This document shows positions 60,517 to 64,000 of a DNA stretch of 64,000 nucleotides, piece after piece. Positions within the stretch are counted from its first letter, which is position 1. The number at the start of each line of letters is the position of its first letter. The stretch spans positions 7,836,963-7,900,962 of the forward strand of contig OZ316893.1 in NCBI GenBank assembly GCA_973895155.1, written 5' to 3'. The position numbers and the translations under genes were made by a program. This DNA is from Marsupella aquatica. Its lineage: Eukaryota; Plantae; Marchantiophyta. A model generated the notes under the pieces. It saw nothing but the letters and a program-made list of their open reading frames with translations, ran no database searches and had not been told where the DNA came from.

Positions 60517-63500
60517 GTTCTTCCTTCCCTGCAAGACAAGCATCATGAAACTCTCTTGAGAGAGTTGGTTAAGCGTTTGGATCACTTCAAAATTACAGTT
60601 CATTGGCTCACAAAGTTCTTTGGCTACTTGAGCCTTTATTTCATTCCAAGGATGGCCTTGCCATCTCTATATGAAGTTGGTTTGAGAAACTTTCGTAATC
60701 AGGTAGCTTCATCAATAATCTCAATAAGCGTTGTTCTTGGATGTTGTTTTGAATTGGCAAGTACTTATCTTAATCAATTAGGACTGTTATCGTAATCACT
60801 TAATTAACTATCTCCTGTCATGATCGAGTTGCATTTATAATTAATATCTTACAGGAAATCTTTCTAATTCAGCAACCCTCTTCTAAGATTTTCCAATGAA
60901 ATACAGTCCATGCAATTATTCGAATTATCGTCATCGATCTATATATAATCTTAACCATTGTTCCATTGGCTCTTGGTTTAATTTTTCAATCATCTCAGTT
61001 AATTCGGATGAGGAATTTAGTCACGAGTTGCATGTATCTAGCTAGTTGATCATAGCCATATAGGAAAACCTAGCTTCTAATTGGGACACCCTCGATATTA
61101 CAAGAACTCAAATTTACAGTTCATTGGCTTATGAAACTCTGTGCGCAGGTTTATGCAGAAATCAAGAACAATGTCAAGGACGCACTGATCATACTGGTAG
61201 AGACAATTCAAATATATATACCATTCAAATTAATATTTATCTTTTCGCCTTCACTATTAATTTAGTCAGTAGTGGTGAGTTGATCGATTGCAACATGAAT
61301 TATATATATGAAAGCTTGTTTGATGTGATCGACACATATACGTACAGATTCAGCGAGTAAGAGAAGGTGATCAAATTGATGGGGCCTGGTTAAGAAATCA
61401 GTGCAGATATTTGAGGAGATGGGCTTTGGTGGCATAGATGTCTATGAAAGGGACTTCGAGCTTGCAATGATCACAGAAACTGCAGCCTATTATTCCAAGA
61501 AGGCTACATCTTGGGTTGAAGGCAATTGTTGCCAAGATTATTTGCTCAAGGTTTGTGTCATTCACTGTACGTTCCATGCATGATACAGGCATTATATATA
61601 GCTAGAGAGAGAAAGATCGAGAGAGAGACCTCGTGACCAGATTGTGGAATCATTAATTAATTAATCAATACAGATGTGGTTAATCAGTGATTTGTCCTCA
61701 ATTATCTATGCAGGTTGAAGAATGTCTCCAGAGAGAAAGTGTGAGTGTAGGGAATTACCTGCATGTGAGCAGTGAATCAAAACTGTTGGAGGTATGTGCA
61801 AGTCTCATCTTTGTAGCTAAATTTTCCTTTGAAGTTGCATTTTTCTATATATCTTCGATCAATTAAGGCAGAAACCTATAAGTCGGGATTATCATGACAC
61901 GGTTTCTTGGTGAATAGATCATTCTACATGGCAAGGGGGTCAGTTTTTACTTTAAAAATCCAACACACCACTTTTATGAATATACGTGATATATCAATAA
62001 TACTGAGGGAGGTGGCCTTGTTTTAAAACTTTGATATTGGAAATATTCGACTGTACGTTGGTCTTGTGCTTTCTTCATGTTCTTAGTCCTATGATGCTGC
62101 AGAGAGTCCGACATGAGCTGCTTGTCAAGTATGAGGATCACCTATTAAAGAACGAATGGTCAGGCCTTCATGCTCTTATGAGGAGTAACAAGGTGTGCGT
62201 CTATCTTCCATCAATGTCTACAGTTCATTGTATGCGTAAGTATTGTTTGAAAGCTAGTAGATATATAATATAAAAATTAATATAAGTAATTAACAACTGC
62301 TAGCAAACGTACCGGTAATTTATGAATATATATATATATGCTTTTTGCATGTCTTTTCTTAGTAAATTCAGATACAGGTTCTTCCATTCATCATGGAGTA
62401 GCTAGCTAGTGTATAGATGGATACTGCTTGAGCTCCTATTATTCTTTAAATATTACATGGTATTGCGGTGGGTGATCGATACATGCATATGCTTAACAAT
62501 TAAAACAATAACTATACTGCCCCGCCATACTGCATACAGGTAAATGATCTCTCCAGGATGTACAAACTCTTCTCTAGGATTCCCAAGGGAACCGAGTCAA
62601 TGGCCGCCATATTTACACAGGTTTGTTTACCCAGGCTACCAAATTCTATAGATATGTACTATATAAGGTCCTTCAAACTTGACGTCATCAGTAGAGGGAA
62701 CTTGTGGTAAGAATTGTAATATCGAGATTCTTTTGCGAAGTAAATCAACCGAGAAAAGGGAAACATTAAGAAATTTTCAAATATGTTCCAAAGAAACTAT
62801 TATACACTGTATATATTAGTAATAGTCTCTTTATCACTAGCTTGCGGCTGCATAATGTCATTTGACATCTTTGAATCATATACAGGAAATAACACATGAA
62901 GGAATAGCTTTGATGAAGCAAACAGAGGAGGCAGCCATTCTTAAGAAGGTACCTGTGAATGATTCATTGTGGGGACTTAGTTGGTTCAATTCTGATATTT
63001 ATGATCGTAGCATTTCTGGCGCTAAAAGTGTTTGGAGCTCATGCAGTTGGTTTCAATTTTCATCATGCGTTCAAAAATAATACGATTTAGTAATGAGTAT
63101 TAGTTTCCTTTTACATGTAGGTACTAGTCATGTACGTTTGCCATTGTGGACCGATATATTACAGAGCCTTACCAGTTAATTTCAGATAGCTTCATGCTAT
63201 ATACTATGTTTCTGCAATAGAGTTCTTTCATATAATCATCATGTCAACAAGTACGTAGTCTGGCTTGGCTTTGAGAACCCACTTAATTACTGTTAAAATT
63301 TCAAAGAGATACTGTCTTTGTTTCCATAAGTTGTAGAGATTTACTGAGCTTAGTGCTCGATCTATTTGTTTCCATGCACCTCCAGGCGGATAAGAAGGAC
63401 AAGCGTGAAGGTTGTGAGTTGGTGTGCCAGGCTTTGGTTCATAATTTATTTCAACTTCATGACAAGTACTCAAAGTACCTAACAGAATGCTTCCTCAATG

Positions 63501-63915
63501 ATTCACAGTTCCGCAAGGTTTGAAAGTCTTCCACTATATATTCTGGATGTTGTTATGGCTATATATGTGACTGCTTGATTTGAAAAGGTTGTATCTATCT
63601 ATTTGGCATATATAGACGAGTACGTACTTGATCTGTGCATATATAATTTTATTGAATTCCAAGTCAACGTCAGGCCAGCGGATATATAGTAAGGCGCCAT
63701 CGTCTGTGCAATCATCCATGGTCATAGAGGTTAAGATTATTTATCGGTTAATTATTCTTCTGTAGGCCTTAAAGGAGGGATTCGAGGTATTATGCAATAA
63801 GGATGTAGCAGGAAGTAGTAGCGCAGAGCTACTTGCCACATTTTGTGATCATCTCTTGCAAAAGGAAGGCAGTAAGATGTTAAGTGATGAAGATATTGAA
63901 GAGACCCTTGAAAAG
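60517..63915 (+). CDS. CUL1: Cullin-1-like protein, exons 3-11 (continues beyond window); 1-nt frameshift in exon 5
   Basis: Exons 60517-60702, 61149-61196, 61348-61550, 61714-61791, 62103-62192, 62540-62620, 62886-62948, 63386-63517 and 63766-63915. They give [39 protein letters not shown] and [30 protein letters not shown]. Confidence 0.92.
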
Positions 63916-64000
63916 GTGAGTAGCATCTCTTGACAATAGCTCTAATTAATCACATCCCGAAATCACGTATCTCAGGCTAAGATATCAAACAAAATTAATT

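Noticed and set aside
3125-63915. F-box + RING + cullin as a clustered SCF system
   Set aside because: The three genes belong to different elements or the host, the RING is not RBX1-like, and no SKP1 is present. Their proximity is most likely chance.

Overview
Eukaryotic DNA with GT-AG introns, probably from a non-seed land plant (inferred from plant-type CUL1, EDM2-like and F-box sequences). It consists mostly of nested, decaying DNA transposons that carry cargo genes. 1-11871 is the right part of a CACTA/EnSpm element: TnpD- and TnpA-like genes, a CACTAG terminus, and EDM2-like PHD, tandem-BRCT and F-box cargo. This element interrupts a Sola2-type DDD transposase (11872-14422), which is followed by RPA70-C-like and RING-H2 genes. 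A truncated Sola1-type transposase lies at 21753-23874. The 23.9-30.3 kb segment encodes an intron-containing fusion of a ParB/Srx-like domain and a beta-class N4/N6 DNA methyltransferase-like domain. Its non-coding DNA carries nine copies of the palindrome AGCGCCNGGCGCT, and this pairing is the best candidate for a new system. A divergent CULLIN1 gene starts at 31111 and runs off the window. Its second intron is 28,939 nt and holds a SAM-domain gene, a TG..CA-bounded LTR-retro-like segment, many tandem repeats and a second CACTA-type transposase. All domain calls are by-eye motif recognition, not database searches.
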